Part shown: piece by piece, positions 13,601 to 25,234 of the stretch | Layout of the letters: each line of letters opens with the position of its first letter | How positions within the stretch are numbered: the stretch's first letter is position 1 | Source of the DNA: Phoronis australis | Lineage: Eukaryota; Animalia; Phoronida | Assembly: GCA_002633005.1 (NCBI GenBank) | Contig: NMRA01000028.1 | Span: 796,986 to 860,985 of the forward strand | DNA: 64,000 bases | Direction: 5' to 3' | Notes under the pieces: generated by a model | The model's database searches: none | Told to the model about the DNA's origin: nothing | What the model saw: the letters and a program-made list of their open reading frames with translations, nothing else | Program-made: the position numbers and the translations under genes

Positions 13601-16600
13601 GTGATTAATGCAGTCCGGAATATTCTAGAGAGTAGTACATGTTTGTAGAATGGTTGGGTAGATTCTGGAAAGTTCTAGAATGTGCTTGAATTGATGAAAA
13701 GTTCCAGAACAATGCATTAGGCTATAAATACACAAGCACGGGTTTGTGTTAGGGCTGTTCCAGCAAAATCTGTATGGGAGGGGGGGAAGGCACTTTTATT
13801 TCTCCAACCCACGACCCATAATTTTTTAATTATTTTTAATAGGTTAAAATATAAAATCCAACACTTGCAAGCAAATTGCCTCCAGGAGGACCTGTTAAGA
13901 ACTTAGATGATTGACAGACAAGAATGAAAGCGCTCCGAGGAGCGAACCTTGGCGAAATTAACCAAAAAGATGACGATAAAGATGATGACGAAGATGATGA
14001 ATATGACGACGATGGTGGCGAGGATGAACAAAAGAAGTAATAATAACATACACATGACGAACGTAGAAGTCCGAAATCAGTAAGAAAAAGGCTACAGTCT
14101 TGTGCGACACTTGGCGAAATTAACGGAAAAGACAACGACGGAGATGATGACGAAGATGATGACGAATATGACGATGGTGGTGGCGATGATGAACAACATC
14201 ACAACATTCATATGATGAACTTAGATGTCATAAATCAATAAGAAATAGGCTACAGTCTAGTTCAATAGAAGATAAACCAACATCAATGCAGCAAGAGCGC
14301 TCAACAAAGGAACAGCGTTATCAGAAAATCTCAAATAACTCGAAAAGTAGACGCCCTAGCGAAAAATGGAAAACATCTTCTGAAAGCCCGTTCAAAATTC
14401 TATCTAAACTGATGGTATCGCCTAATTCCGTAAATTTTTCGAAAAAAATGAAATTTTGCGTTTTTTTAAGAAATTCAAAGTCAAATAACTCGAAAACGGT
14501 AAGTCTGAGAAAAAAATTGTTACAGGCCATTTGAAAGAATATACTTCAAAGAATCCACATGCAAAAAATCACGTCTTTTTCTCTTCCCGTTTAAAATCGC
14601 ACTCCAGCACGACTGAAAATGGGTCAACATGCGCCAGATCCGCCATCTTGAAAGCAACTTCCGGTTTTTTGGTTTTGTATAATAGCATGTCATAAGAAAC
14701 TAATACCTGTAAAAATTCGAAGGAATTGGTCTGATAATGCGCCCTCTACAGGAGAAAACGTTTTTAGGCCAAAATCGAGGTGCGCATGCGCGATCGCCGA
14801 TATTTCCGCCATCTTTAACCGGAAGTAAACAATTTCCGGCATACTTGTAGCAAACTTCCGGTCCATTTACTGTGCCGATTCTTAGCTTTTTACGTAAAAA
14901 ATTGTAGCCTCCAGAAGCATTTGAACCTTTAAATGGAAACAAAATGGCCGCCACAGCCGCCATCTTGGATCCGATTTTGACGAAAAACAATAGGCTTCCA
15001 GTACTTCCGGAACTACGTATTATGTGTAAATTTCGGGATGATCGGACGAAAATTGCGACCTGTATCGTGCGAACAAACAAAAAAAAAAACTTAGTGGAAG
15101 AGCAACATTCTTGGCGAAATTTATTTTGCCAAGTAACTAGTTGTCTTGTCCAATATTGTCAAAAACTAAAGTAGCCTGTGAGAAATACTTTTGGCAGCCA
15201 CCAGGTGTCTCTGTTCACCATGTATCTATAATTTCAATGAACATTTTTTCAATTATAAGGATCTATGAATCTCAAACTGTCTCCACGAACTCTTTTATAC
15301 TTCTATGTCAAGTGAATATTGGAACTTGTTTATCTTACTCCTCATACTTTTTATTTAAAAATCATCAAATTTCTTACATGTGTTAGCACCAGTTTAGTGT
15401 TGCATAACTAACTTTTTAATTAAATGGGACTGCAGACAAATAGTTGGCTCAAATCAAGTTGCTCATGACTTGATTAATGGCTTAGTGAGCTTATTGCACT
15501 CTGTTCACTGGCAACATGGGCTTTTTGTATTGAGATAAGTTAGGATATATGCCAATTGCAAAAAATACCACCCATTTCTAATGCATCACTACAGGAACGA
15601 CCACCCATAATTTGAGTTTTTTTCTGAAGACCACCACCCATGAATTTTTATTTCTACTGCCGTCCCCCCCCCTCCCACACGGATTTTACTGGAACAGCCC
15701 TTAGTCAGATCAAGTCAGATAATCATCAGGAGATTAAGTCAGTGAGATCAAGTCAGTTCAAGAGAAGATCAAGTCAGTTCAAGTGAGATCAAGTACCTTC
15801 AATAAAGTTAATCAGGAGAATTACAGTTGAGTTGCAGTGAAGAGAATCAGCAGTTACAGCGATAGTCAATAGAGAGCCAGCTATAGAGACAGCAGATTAT
15901 TGAATCAACGAGTGTAACAGTTGCTGAAAGTGTATCAGAAGTTCATCGCTAAGTCAAGGCTTCGCAGCACTGGCTGGAGCATAGAACAGACATTACGTCG
16001 GACATTTTGTTTGAGTAGGCTTGTGAACTTACGGTCGGGATTAATAAAGGATTAACTCGAACCAGTCTTCAGTCAATCGTCGCACCGAAAGCTATTAGCA
16101 CCGGTCTGTAACAACCTGCGCCCACCCATACACGGGGAAAAATGTGACAAAGACCAGCTTCAACAAATTACCTGGCAACGGAGGGTCCAACAAAGTACCT
16201 GGTCACGGAGGGTCTTTTTATGTAAATTCTTTCCAAGCCCACACACCTTTTCTAATCTAAGGAAGGAACAAGTTGAGACCAGTTTTGTAACACAAAGTGA
16301 TCTAAATCAAACGTTTTTTTCTTTGATGCAGCGTGGGTTTATTGGAGGGGTATTGATGTCTCTTCCAGTCACTAGGTGCCTTATCCACCAGGGGGTGAGA
16401 TCATCTTGTCCTGCAGCTGTTAATGTGTCTCCCAGTCACCAGGTGGCGAAACTGTCTCGGCTTCTAGCTGTTGATGTCCCTTCCGTTCACCAGGTGGTGA
16501 GACCATCTTGTACTCTAGTTGTTGATGTCTCTTCTTTTCATTTTGCTGATTCAGTTTGTTTGGAAAATTCAGTTCTTGCCCATGTGGTGATTTTTATTCG

Positions 16601-19600
16601 TAGAATTGTTGAAAAACGTTATTTTTCAGTTGTCTTTTCACAGGTATTTTGACTGTGTAGACGTGTGTAAAGTTCATCCCGACTGGGCAGAGGTTCGTTT
16701 GTCTGGTGAATTCCCTCCCAATACTCAGTCACCCTCCAAGGCCGTCATGTTTATTGTAGAACAAACAACTGAGATTGAATTTGGACTCTTCCAAGAGGGG
16801 AGAAGGTGAGTGGGACTAATTATTAAACGTGTTGTATTGGTATGCTTTCAATTGTCGACTCATCAAGTGTGAAACTTACATAGCTTTGCTTAATGAAAAC
16901 GAGAGCGCTCGAAGGAGCGACACTTGGCGGAATTAATCGAAAAGACGACGAACACGATATCATTCATGTGACTAGCGAAGAAATCAAATAGAGAGCACAC
17001 AATCAACTACAATAAAGAATGAAAGCCTGTTCAAAACTCTATCTAAAGTGGTAGTTTGGCAAACACGATAACATTCATGTGACTAGCGAAGAAATCAAAT
17101 AGAGAGCATACAATCAACTACAATAAAGAACAATAGATGGCGCAACATGACGGNNNNNNNNNNNNNNNNNNNNNNNNNNNNNNNNNNNNNNNNNNNNNNN
17201 NNNNNNNNNNNNNNNNNNNNNNNNNNNNNNNNNNNNNNNNNNNNNNNNNNNNNNNNNNNNNNNNNNNNNNNNNNNNNNNGCTGGGTCAGTCTGGGTCAAC
17301 TAGGCATAACCAAAATAAAGTGAACTGAATGCCAGCCAGCTGTGTGCTTGCATAAGTGAACGAAGGAACAACGGCATTCGAAAATCTCGAATAATTCAAA
17401 AGTAGACGTTGTAGCGCAAAATGGAAAATATCTTCTGAATGCCCGTCCACAACTCTACGTACTTTGATAGAGCATACAATCAACTACAATAAAGAACAAT
17501 AGATGGCGCAACATTATGGACGAGGCATGCTTTGCAGTAGGACAGTGCTCGCTGGGTCAGTCTGGGTCAACTAGGCATAACCAAAACCAAATGAGCTGAA
17601 AGCCAGCCAGCTGCGTGTGACCGAAGGAACAACGGTATCCGAAAATCTCGAATAATTCCAAAAGTAGACGTCGTAGCGCAAAACGGAAAATATCTCCTGA
17701 AGCCCGTTCAAAACTCTATCTAAAGTGGTAGTTTGGCAAAAATCAAAAAAAAATTTCGAGAAAATTAAAAATTTGCCGTTTTTTTTTTTTGAAATTCAAA
17801 ATCAAATAACTCGAAAACGGTAAGTCTGAGAAATACGCTCTCGCAGACTTTTTGAAAGGTCATACTTCAAGGAATCCACATGCAAAAATTCACGTCATTT
17901 GCTCTTCCCATAAAAAATGCGACACCAGAGCGATTGAAACCGTAAGAACATGCCCCACAGCCGCCATCTTGAAAGTGATTTCCGGTTCAATAATTTTTTA
18001 TAAAAGCTTATTAAACTCAACAAACACGTGACCAGTTTGAAAGTAATTGATTTGCAAATACGCCCTCTACAGGAGAAAACGTTTTTGGCCATATTTCAGG
18101 GTGCGCATGCGCCACGTCCAATATTTCCGCCATCTTTAACCGGAAGTAAACGATTTTCTGCACAATTGTAGCACATGCGTTCTAGTATATTCGTACCGAT
18201 TTTCTGCCATGTAGGTCGAAAAATGCGGCCTCTACGAGTATTTGGCTGTGAAATCGGATACAAAATGGCCACCACGTCCGCCATTTTGTATCCGATCATG
18301 ACCAAAAACAATATCGTTCTAGCAGTTCCCGATCTACACGTTGTGTGCCAATTTCGTGAAAATCGGACGAAAATTGCGACCTGTAGAGAGCGAACAAAAA
18401 AAAAAAACTTGCTGTCAGACCAACATACTTGGCGGAAAAATTCCGCCAAGTAATTACAAGCTTGACAACGACATCTTTACATCCTGTGTCATGTTAAAGC
18501 TATTGAACAATGCTACTGACGTCATGGCAACAATGAAACTTGATGCTGGCGTACTTAAGACGAATTCCAAGTCTATAAGAGCAGATCCTGATTGTTTGAA
18601 CCCAACTTGATTGATAACTAGACAAAGTGCTAGTCAGAACATTAGGCACCATGTCAGAGATTTGTCATGAGATGAGTCATCTGAGGCAGATTGTATTCAC
18701 ATCATCACTTAACATTTACCACTTTCATTTCAATTGATATGATAATCAATTAACAATTGAGCATGGTGGCTCAAAGTTTGAGTGGCATGATGGTCAGTTT
18801 GAGCGTGAGTGTTCAACATTTGAGCATGGTGGCCCAAAAAGCTAGCTAATAATGCAGCCTTTGATTCTGGCAAAATGCCAACTGGTAATTAGTTTCTAAC
18901 TTGTCTATTTTTTAGGGGTTCAGACAAGTCTGAGTACTCGGCTGTTGACTTATGTATCATAGTTCTGCAATCGAGCCCAGACGGGACCGTGGGCCCCCTA
19001 GTGGCACACAGTAAACGACAGATACGAGGCTTCATCGGATGCCACGCTATGTTAGAGCCTGGACACTATGTCATTGCATCTGTGGCATTTAATCATTGGA
19101 AGTTGGGTAAGTGCTTAGTTTCTGTAGCTAACAGCAGCCTCACACTGTGGGTTGTTCCCATTGTCCGACTAAGAACATAATTGACATGATCAATGTTAAT
19201 CCTCTTAGGTGCAGTGAGCCTAATGATAAATTTGTGACCATAAGACTCAGACGTGCTTTACGTAAATTGAAATGTTCAATGTTCACTGCTGTTTTAAAAG
19301 TTTAGTTTAACTTGATTGGTATGATGAACTATTTAAGATTTATAGTATTTACTAAGCACATTTTCTGTTTAATATGCTATATTATGTGCCCACATACAGA
19401 AGGGTTTGATTTGCCCTTCACCTAGTTTATGATACTTATGTAATAGACACTCCATTCCATTTGCGGTGCAGACGTGGGCGCATTTCAATGCTCTTGTTAA
19501 ACACTGCAATCTAGTTTGTCCCAACATGCTTTTAACTGTGTATAGCAATACGCCAAAGCTTCCTCTTATCCGAACAATACTCCCAAGCTCCATCCTAGTA

Positions 19601-22600
19601 TCACCAGAGTCCGATTTGGTGAGTACCAGCTCACGTTTCGCGAGCTCGAGGCTTACTCGCCAAATGCGTTTTCAATTTTTTGTTTTTTACCTTTAACTAT
19701 TGATGGTTTACATTTTCATAAAAATTCACCAAAAATGTTACAGTACCTCAGTGGCGCAGCTGCTATCCTCTCCCCAGATCGCCAAAAATTTTGAGCGCTA
19801 CAATCCCCCCCCTCATCGTCAACGATGTAAGGCAGCCACAAGCCACCTCTCCTTGCTACAGTTTGCGTCGTCCCTCGTGGGTTTGCCCTCACCCATTGGG
19901 GTGTCGCCCTGCTGCCCACCTCACTTTCGGGATGTGGTCTGGAGAGGACCCCCCCCCCTCCAGCTATGCTGCCGCAATATGTAGTTGTATCGTTGTGGAT
20001 CCTGGACTGATCATTCATGATAAAACGTGCATCGATGGAACTTCATAATTCATTCCAACCTTCAAGCAAATCTGACAGTAAGAAACATATTTATAAATCT
20101 AATTTTACCTTTAGGTAAAGTTTGTATCTATTGGCAGCAACTTAAAAATACGAATTACAATTTCAAATATATTGAAAGGGAAGTCTTTGGCTATTTCATA
20201 ATTCAAAAAGACATATTTTACAAAAATTTAAAATTTGACGATTTCAATGAGTTTGCCCCTTTGTTTTGAGGTAACTTGTAGTTGCAAATGACCCCTACCA
20301 CAGGGTTGCTTGTGGTTATGAATGTTTTGCCCAACTTCCCAATCATGTTTTGTCATTTGTATTTTGTTTGATAAAGATTTATAAAAAATCATGTTTCAAG
20401 TTGCATAATTGTTTTAGAAATCTCCTTCAAAACAAGCATGTTATATGCAAAACACAAGATCTACTTCAAGATTTGTTGCAAGTTGACAACATTTCTCAGA
20501 AATGTGTCCAAGCGAGTCATGCATTTTCCGCGTCAGTTACTGTGCAGGAGGGAGGGGTGGCAACTGTCTGTTCTGCGCCTTTATTACGCTATCAATGTCT
20601 TTGAAACGAGAATTGCATATATAAAAGACGTTTGTACAATGGAGAATGAAAATGTTTTAATCCAAGGTGTCTAGTTTGTTACGGCAGACATTAGCGCTCA
20701 CTGTATGGTAGGACCAAGTTTTAGAACGTAGGTCTGTTTCAGTGAGACATGACGGCGGATGAACCTTTGTTTCAGGAAATATTGTTTGCACCTATATCTC
20801 AATGCAGTTCTCATGTTTGAATTGAGTGTGGACGGTGCAAATACTTTGGGAAATGCGTTTATGTACATAACACGATCATAGATTGTTTAGTAGTGAGAAT
20901 CATGTTTGTAAGTATCATGCAGTAGACGTGCTATGGCAACAGTGTGCCAATAGTTGTGACAGCTTGTCACCGTGAGCTCATGACTAGCGTAATCATGAAC
21001 TGAAAATTAAAATGTGGTTGAGTTGCATAGACAAAATGCTCAATTGTAGCGCTACGTCTGAGGGAACTGTGGCAATTCTGAAAAAGTGCTTTATTCCAAC
21101 ATTTCCAACATGACTGATTTCAAAGTTGTTGAATTCAATGGAATGATACACATGGTTACTTTTTTATATATCATAAAGAGTTAATGAATAAATAACACTT
21201 CATTAAAAATCCCTAGTATCTCACTGTAACAGTCGCGTTTCTTTGTTGGTTTTTTTTTTTGATCGTGGCCTACTAGACCTGGCTGCAGTGTAGGCATCAC
21301 AATGGGTCGCATCGCAAGCGACACCTTTCGGATGTCTACAGTACTAAAAATTTGGCGTCTTCAAATCCAAAATGGTGAGCTGAGGTTTTACCCTACTCAC
21401 CATTTGCGAGTTGGCCGTTTTCTTAACTTCAGACACAGTACTCCCAAGCTCCCTCCTGGCCTCACAGTCTTACCAAGCTCCCTCCTAGCTCCACAGTACT
21501 CCCAAGCTCCTTCCTGGCTCCACAGTAATCCCAAGCTCCCTCCTGGCCTCACAGTCTTACCAAGCGCCCTCCTGGCCCCACAGTACTCTCAAGCTCCCTC
21601 CTGGCTCCACAGTACTCCCAAGCTCCCTCCTAGCTCCACAGTNNNNNNNNNNNNNNNNNNNNNNNNNNNNNNNNNNNNNNNNNNNNNNNNNNNNNNNNNN
21701 NNNNNNNNNNNNNNNNNNNNNNNNNNNNNNNNNNNNNNNNNNNNNNNNNNNNNNNNNNNNNNNNNNNNNNNNNNNNNNNNNNNNNNCTCCACAGTACTCT
21801 CAAGCTCCCTCCTAGCTCCACAGTACTCTCAAGCTCCCTCCTAGCTCCACAGTACTCCCAAGTTCCCTCCTAGCCCCACAGTCTTACCAAGCTCCCTCCT
21901 GGCCCCACAATCTCACCAAGCTCCCTCCTGGCCCCACAGTCTTACCAAGCTCCTTCCTGGCCCCACAGTACTCCTAAGCTCCCTTCTGGCCTCACAGTCT
22001 TACCAAGCGCCCTCCTCGCCTCACAGTCGTACCAAGCTCCTTCCTAGCTCCACAGTACTTCCAAGCTCCCACTGGGACTCATGTGTTGTGTGTGCTGCAA
22101 TTATATTAGTGAAGGTGATGCTGCAGTAAATTTTAATGACAGTGAAACTCAGTTCTTCCTTGGTTAATTCACAGATACCACCCAGCCAGATCCCTCCACA
22201 TTCCCGTCTTATGTCGTCTGTCTTCATAGTTCCAAGCCCGTCATCACCGAACAGATAGTACCTGATGGGTTTCACTTTCTGGCTGATGCTATCATCCAAC
22301 TGACTATTGCCACGGGAACAAGGCATGAGGTATGCTATGGTGATCATTGTTTGACCAGCAAAGTAATTCAGCTGGCATATTCTGGTCTGCACATGCTGTG
22401 TTTTGGACATAGACTAAAAATATTAAATGACCATTTTAAAGAGGAAATGGACAGTTTTTTATGTTACCTTTACTACATCGTCTTCTTGCTATTTGCTACA
22501 GGGTCGTGAGGGGATGACAGCGTATTACCTGACACGTGGCTGGGCTGGTCTGGTCGTGGTCATAGAGAATAGACTGCATGATAAGATAATACAAGTGGAA

Positions 22601-23529
22601 TGTGATTGTACAGAGAGTAAGAATGTTGTATCTACTCGGGGCAGACTTTTGACACTGGACTCTATACCTCCATTACATAGGTATGTAATGTCATGATCAA
22701 CACATAGTCCAAAATATGGAGGACTGTATACCGCAGTGGTTTGTACTGCAGACTCTCACTTATGAGGTCAGAATTCAAATCCTGTGTTCACTGGCAGATT
22801 ATGAACAAAGCAGTAATGGTGTCTTGTCTTCTGCACAGTTTTGACGTGTGTGGAAGGGTGAGAATGTGGAGTGAATGTGTTAAGGGTCATCATGGAAAGC
22901 TGTGGTCAGCTGTTGTGAGGTTATCCTCTTTGAAATATTCTGAAAACAGAGGGTGTCATAAGGAGTGTAAATGTATGGAGCCAAGTACATTCACTGAAGA
23001 CTCTGGACCTTCGTGTCAGTACACATGGTGCATCCTGGAGAGTCATCAACATGTCATCAATTTTGTCTCAAGCAAAACACTTTGTGTTACTTGAAGTGTG
23101 TCTACATGAACAAAAAATGGCATTTCTGCAGTGGGGCCCTGTGCAGTGTGGTCACAATCCCATTCATCACAAGTAGTGTTTCTAACGTAACTATATAAGT
23201 GAGTGTGACTGCTCAGTGTTCAGTACAAGTGGCATGAGTACTTGTAGAGCTACACCTGTTCATTAAAAGTTACACTGAGTTCAGGATATTGCTATAAGCC
23301 CTATTACTCAGTAGGACTACTGTTATAATACTTTGTCACTGTTTGTTTCAGGCAAGTGTTGATCATACTGTCTCAGCTGGAAGGGAATGGTGGCTACTCC
23401 ATCTCTCACCGTCTGGTTCACAGACTGTCATCATCCACTAGTCTAGAAAGATGGCAGCTCAGTGGGGTTAGTCATGACCCAAAGATAGGGGAAGATGTCT
23501 ATGGCTTACATGCACCACGACCAATCTGA
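1494..23529 (+). CDS. CAPN15: Calpain-15 / SOL (calpain-D) gene; 13 coding exons, 3324 nt, about 1107 aa
   Basis: Hand-spliced GT-AG exons join in frame: 1494-1618, 3008-4442, 5482-5690, 5867-6050, 6409-6553, 10822-10894, 11410-11535, 12143-12304, 16644-16805, 18916-19106, 22175-22329, 22502-22680, 23352-23529. RanBP2 fingers, catalytic QGILGNCW / HAYS / RNPWG, and a C-terminal ...GLHAPRPI* typical of SOL calpains. Confidence 0.95.
1866..2060. repeat. Palindromic short element with a partial tandem duplicate (intron 1)
   Basis: Hairpin atatccgaccagtgtc-ctcaa-gacactcgtcggatat; tcactgaataatgg...ggttct repeated at about 1868 and 1998. Confidence 0.55.
3008..4442 (+). CDS. CAPN15: CAPN15 exon 2 (six RanBP2-type zinc fingers)
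   Basis: ORF 2997-4472 with repeated W-x-C-x2-C...C-x2-C motifs; acceptor tttgatatttag (alternative acceptor before 2971); donor CAG|GTGGAG. Confidence 0.92.
5482..5690 (+). CDS. CAPN15: CAPN15 exon 3 (start of CysPc, catalytic Cys)
   Basis: ttttctag|[10 protein letters not shown]...[10 protein letters not shown](W)|gttggt. Confidence 0.95.
5867..6050 (+). CDS. CAPN15: CAPN15 exon 4
   Basis: tgtcag|(W)[14 protein letters not shown]...[24 protein letters not shown]...LVYSK|gtgggt. Confidence 0.95.
6409..6553 (+). CDS. CAPN15: CAPN15 exon 5
   Basis: tttacag|[48 protein letters not shown]|gtatga. Confidence 0.95.
6684..10397. mobile_element. 3.7-kb DNA transposon derivative in intron 5 (possibly Academ-like)
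   Basis: Perfect 29-bp TIRs CAGGAAGAGATAACCAGGAAGGGACAACT; 4-bp TSD GTAG on both sides; stop-interrupted coding-like sequence at about 9000-9590. Confidence 0.85.
8633..8990 (+). repeat. 358-bp copy of 6031-6388 (CAPN15 exon 4 3' end plus most of intron 4)
   Basis: Identical by eye from gtcatttagtctactccaaggtggg to tttacttcta; the minus-strand ORFs 5920-6132 and 8459-8734 share an identical N-terminus. Confidence 0.95.
10822..10894 (+). CDS. CAPN15: CAPN15 exon 6
   Basis: cttgcag|(A)[23 protein letters not shown](G)|gtatgt; phases match neighbouring exons. Confidence 0.92.
11410..11535 (+). CDS. CAPN15: CAPN15 exon 7 (catalytic His)
   Basis: gtgcag|[13 protein letters not shown]...[19 protein letters not shown](R)|gtaagc. 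Confidence 0.95.
12143..12304 (+). CDS. CAPN15: CAPN15 exon 8 (catalytic Asn)
   Basis: gattag|[19 protein letters not shown]...[11 protein letters not shown](K)|gtacgt. Confidence 0.95.
13752..15700. mobile_element. PIF/Harbinger-type non-autonomous element nested in the solo LTR
   Basis: TIRs GGGCTGTTCCAG...CTGGAACAGCCC with imperfect extension to about 40 bp; 3-bp TTA TSD. Confidence 0.85.
13923..15136 (-). mobile_element. Helentron-associated non-autonomous element (HINE/DINE-like), family A
   Basis: subTIR cttggcgaaa at both ends; stem-loop cttggcgaaat...tttgccaag at one end and hairpin cgctc-cgag-gagcg at the other; homologous to 16897-18453. Confidence 0.75.
16352..16535. repeat. Degenerate 51-bp tandem repeat (about 3.5 units)
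   Basis: ttgatgtc...tcaccaggtgg...tctagctg units. Confidence 0.7.
16644..16805 (+). CDS. CAPN15: CAPN15 exon 9
   Basis: ttcacag|[24 protein letters not shown]...FGLFQEGR(R)|gtgagt. Confidence 0.93.
16897..18453 (-). mobile_element. HINE/DINE-like element, family A (second copy, intron 9)
   Basis: Hairpin cgctc-gaag-gagcg plus subTIR acttggcggaa at left; acttggcggaaaaattccgccaagt stem-loop at right; body similar to 14300-15136; internal duplications and an N gap. Confidence 0.8.
18916..19106 (+). CDS. CAPN15: CAPN15 exon 10 (SOL-homology region)
   Basis: ttttag|[17 protein letters not shown]...[34 protein letters not shown]|gtaagt. Confidence 0.93.
21433..22072. repeat. 29-bp minisatellite (cacagtactcccaagctccctcctggcct)n in intron 10
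   Basis: Many tandem units spanning an N gap; the spurious ORF 21302-21844 has a 29-aa period (3 x 29 nt). Confidence 0.95.
22175..22329 (+). CDS. CAPN15: CAPN15 exon 11
   Basis: ttcacag|(D)[22 protein letters not shown]...[18 protein letters not shown]|gtatgc. Confidence 0.92.
22502..22680 (+). CDS. CAPN15: CAPN15 exon 12
   Basis: gctacag|[23 protein letters not shown]...NVVSTRG...DSIPPLH(R)|gtatgt. Confidence 0.95.
23352..23529 (+). CDS. CAPN15: CAPN15 terminal coding exon 13
   Basis: tgtttcag|[21 protein letters not shown]...[11 protein letters not shown] then TGA. Confidence 0.95.
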
Positions 23530-24628
23530 TTGGATAGAATCATCTGTAATACTCAGGATATTTTCACAGAGACTGCATATATATACCACAGATATATCAC
23601 ATCCAGCTTGGCTGCACAGAATGGGCCTTAAGAATCACACTTCTCTTTGTGGGGGGATGTCTAGAGTTTACATTATCCACAGCCAACATGATTTATTAGA
23701 ATGAATCTTAATGGTCACTAGTCTCACAGGTGACCAGTTTATGGATTACCAACATGCACCAAGACCAATATGATTGCAAACAATAACTTGAGAGGTCGCT
23801 ATATTTTTGTATGGCTGTGGAAGACGGCATAGATTTTATTTGTTGTGTCAAATCTTATTAGAAGGAAAGAACATTTTGAGTCAGAGCCCTCTAGGAAAAT
23901 AGCTGGGTTACATGTTTCATGCAATCTGACTGGAAGGGTAATGCATTGTCCATCATAAAGGAAATTGCCTTTGTATGCTTCATGGCCTCGTTAGAAGGAT
24001 GCAGCGTATGGATGCATTTGAGTAACGATCCCATCTTTGGATTACTGGAAAGTATGCTGAATTATGTTCCACTGCTGTACCCAATTCATTGTTATCATGA
24101 GTGATCATGGAACACACACTTGAGTGATCACAGAACGCATTTGAGTAATCTCTTCGTAGAGCACACTCTTGGGTGAATGGCACACTTGAGTAGAATGTAT
24201 CTACTTAATCAGTCGTTACTGCAACTGCAAGTTGCCTCAAACTTTCAACCCACTGTCTGTGGGTTTGGTATACTATGTGACTTGTTATCTGATTACAAAG
24301 TTTATAGTCCATGAGTTTTTGCCTCAGAGAGTCTTGTTAATTACTTGCTCACTTTCATGTGCTAATACTTTGTTACGTATTTGCATCCAGTTTATTGTTT
24401 TTTTTTTATTTCCTAATGCAGCTTTTTGAGTAATGGGCCACGAAATGCGACTTTTTCAACTAGTCATATCTTCACAATTTAAGAATAAGAAAAGAGAAAC
24501 CTGTCACAATATGAGAAAAAGTATGCCATGGGTGGTTTTTGTATTGATTATGATGGTTACTGCCAAACATGGACATTTTGTCATGTGACACAGGGATCGT
24601 ATTGTACACTCCTGCTGACTCATTGAAA

Positions 24629-24638
24629 AATAAATAAA
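24629..24638 (+). terminator. Candidate CAPN15 polyadenylation signal (overlapping AATAAA)
   Basis: aataaataaa about 1.1 kb after the stop, followed by T-rich sequence. Confidence 0.5.
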
Positions 24639-25234
24639 AAAAATCAGGCAATTTTTCCTATCAATTATTGTAATGTAAAATTTTGCATTTTGTTCAACTT
24701 AATGGCACTGCTTGAATCAATTCAGGTTTGTTGCAATAGACATCATTTTCAACTTACAGTAAACTTAAATCAATTCAGGCTTGTCGCAATAAACGCCATT
24801 GATATATTAATTTCAACTTAAAATAATCTTGGTATCGAGTTGCTCTGCTCTTATCAGTCTGAGGGCAATTTGTTGTCCCCAAACGTTTTTTTGTGAAATT
24901 TACGTAACATAAGGAACAATAATTATCAAATTTGTTTGGTTGATAGCGTGCAAAAATGGTCGTTTTCAGCCAGTCCTGTTGACAGTCCATTGCAGTCTAT
25001 TCAAGGTTTCTCATAACCACAAGCTGTAAAAAGGCTTGGGGTCCTAGTCATTTCAATTACCACCTTTTTGCTTTCGAATGCCTAGTTTTCGCGTAGCGAG
25101 CGACATACTAGTAAGACCGCTGTTTTTTTTTTTTTACAAAAATGCCGGGTGTTTTGCGAGTTAATTTGGCATAAAATCCGAACTAAGTGAATAATCAAAC
25201 ATTCGTAATAGCGTTTTTGAGGCATAAAGTTAAG

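Larger units (their letters stand above)
13387..16149 (+). mobile_element. Solo LTR (about 0.8 kb once the nested insert is removed)
   Basis: TGTCA...TGACA termini, 5-bp TSD AAGAC, internal TATAAATA (about 13724) and AATAAA motifs. Confidence 0.8.

Noticed and set aside
13836-14200. Poly-Ser / poly-Asp coding-like tracts
   Set aside because: GAT/GAC trinucleotide repeats inside the HINE element
21302-21844. 180-aa repetitive ORF
   Set aside because: Translation of the 29-bp minisatellite running through an N gap
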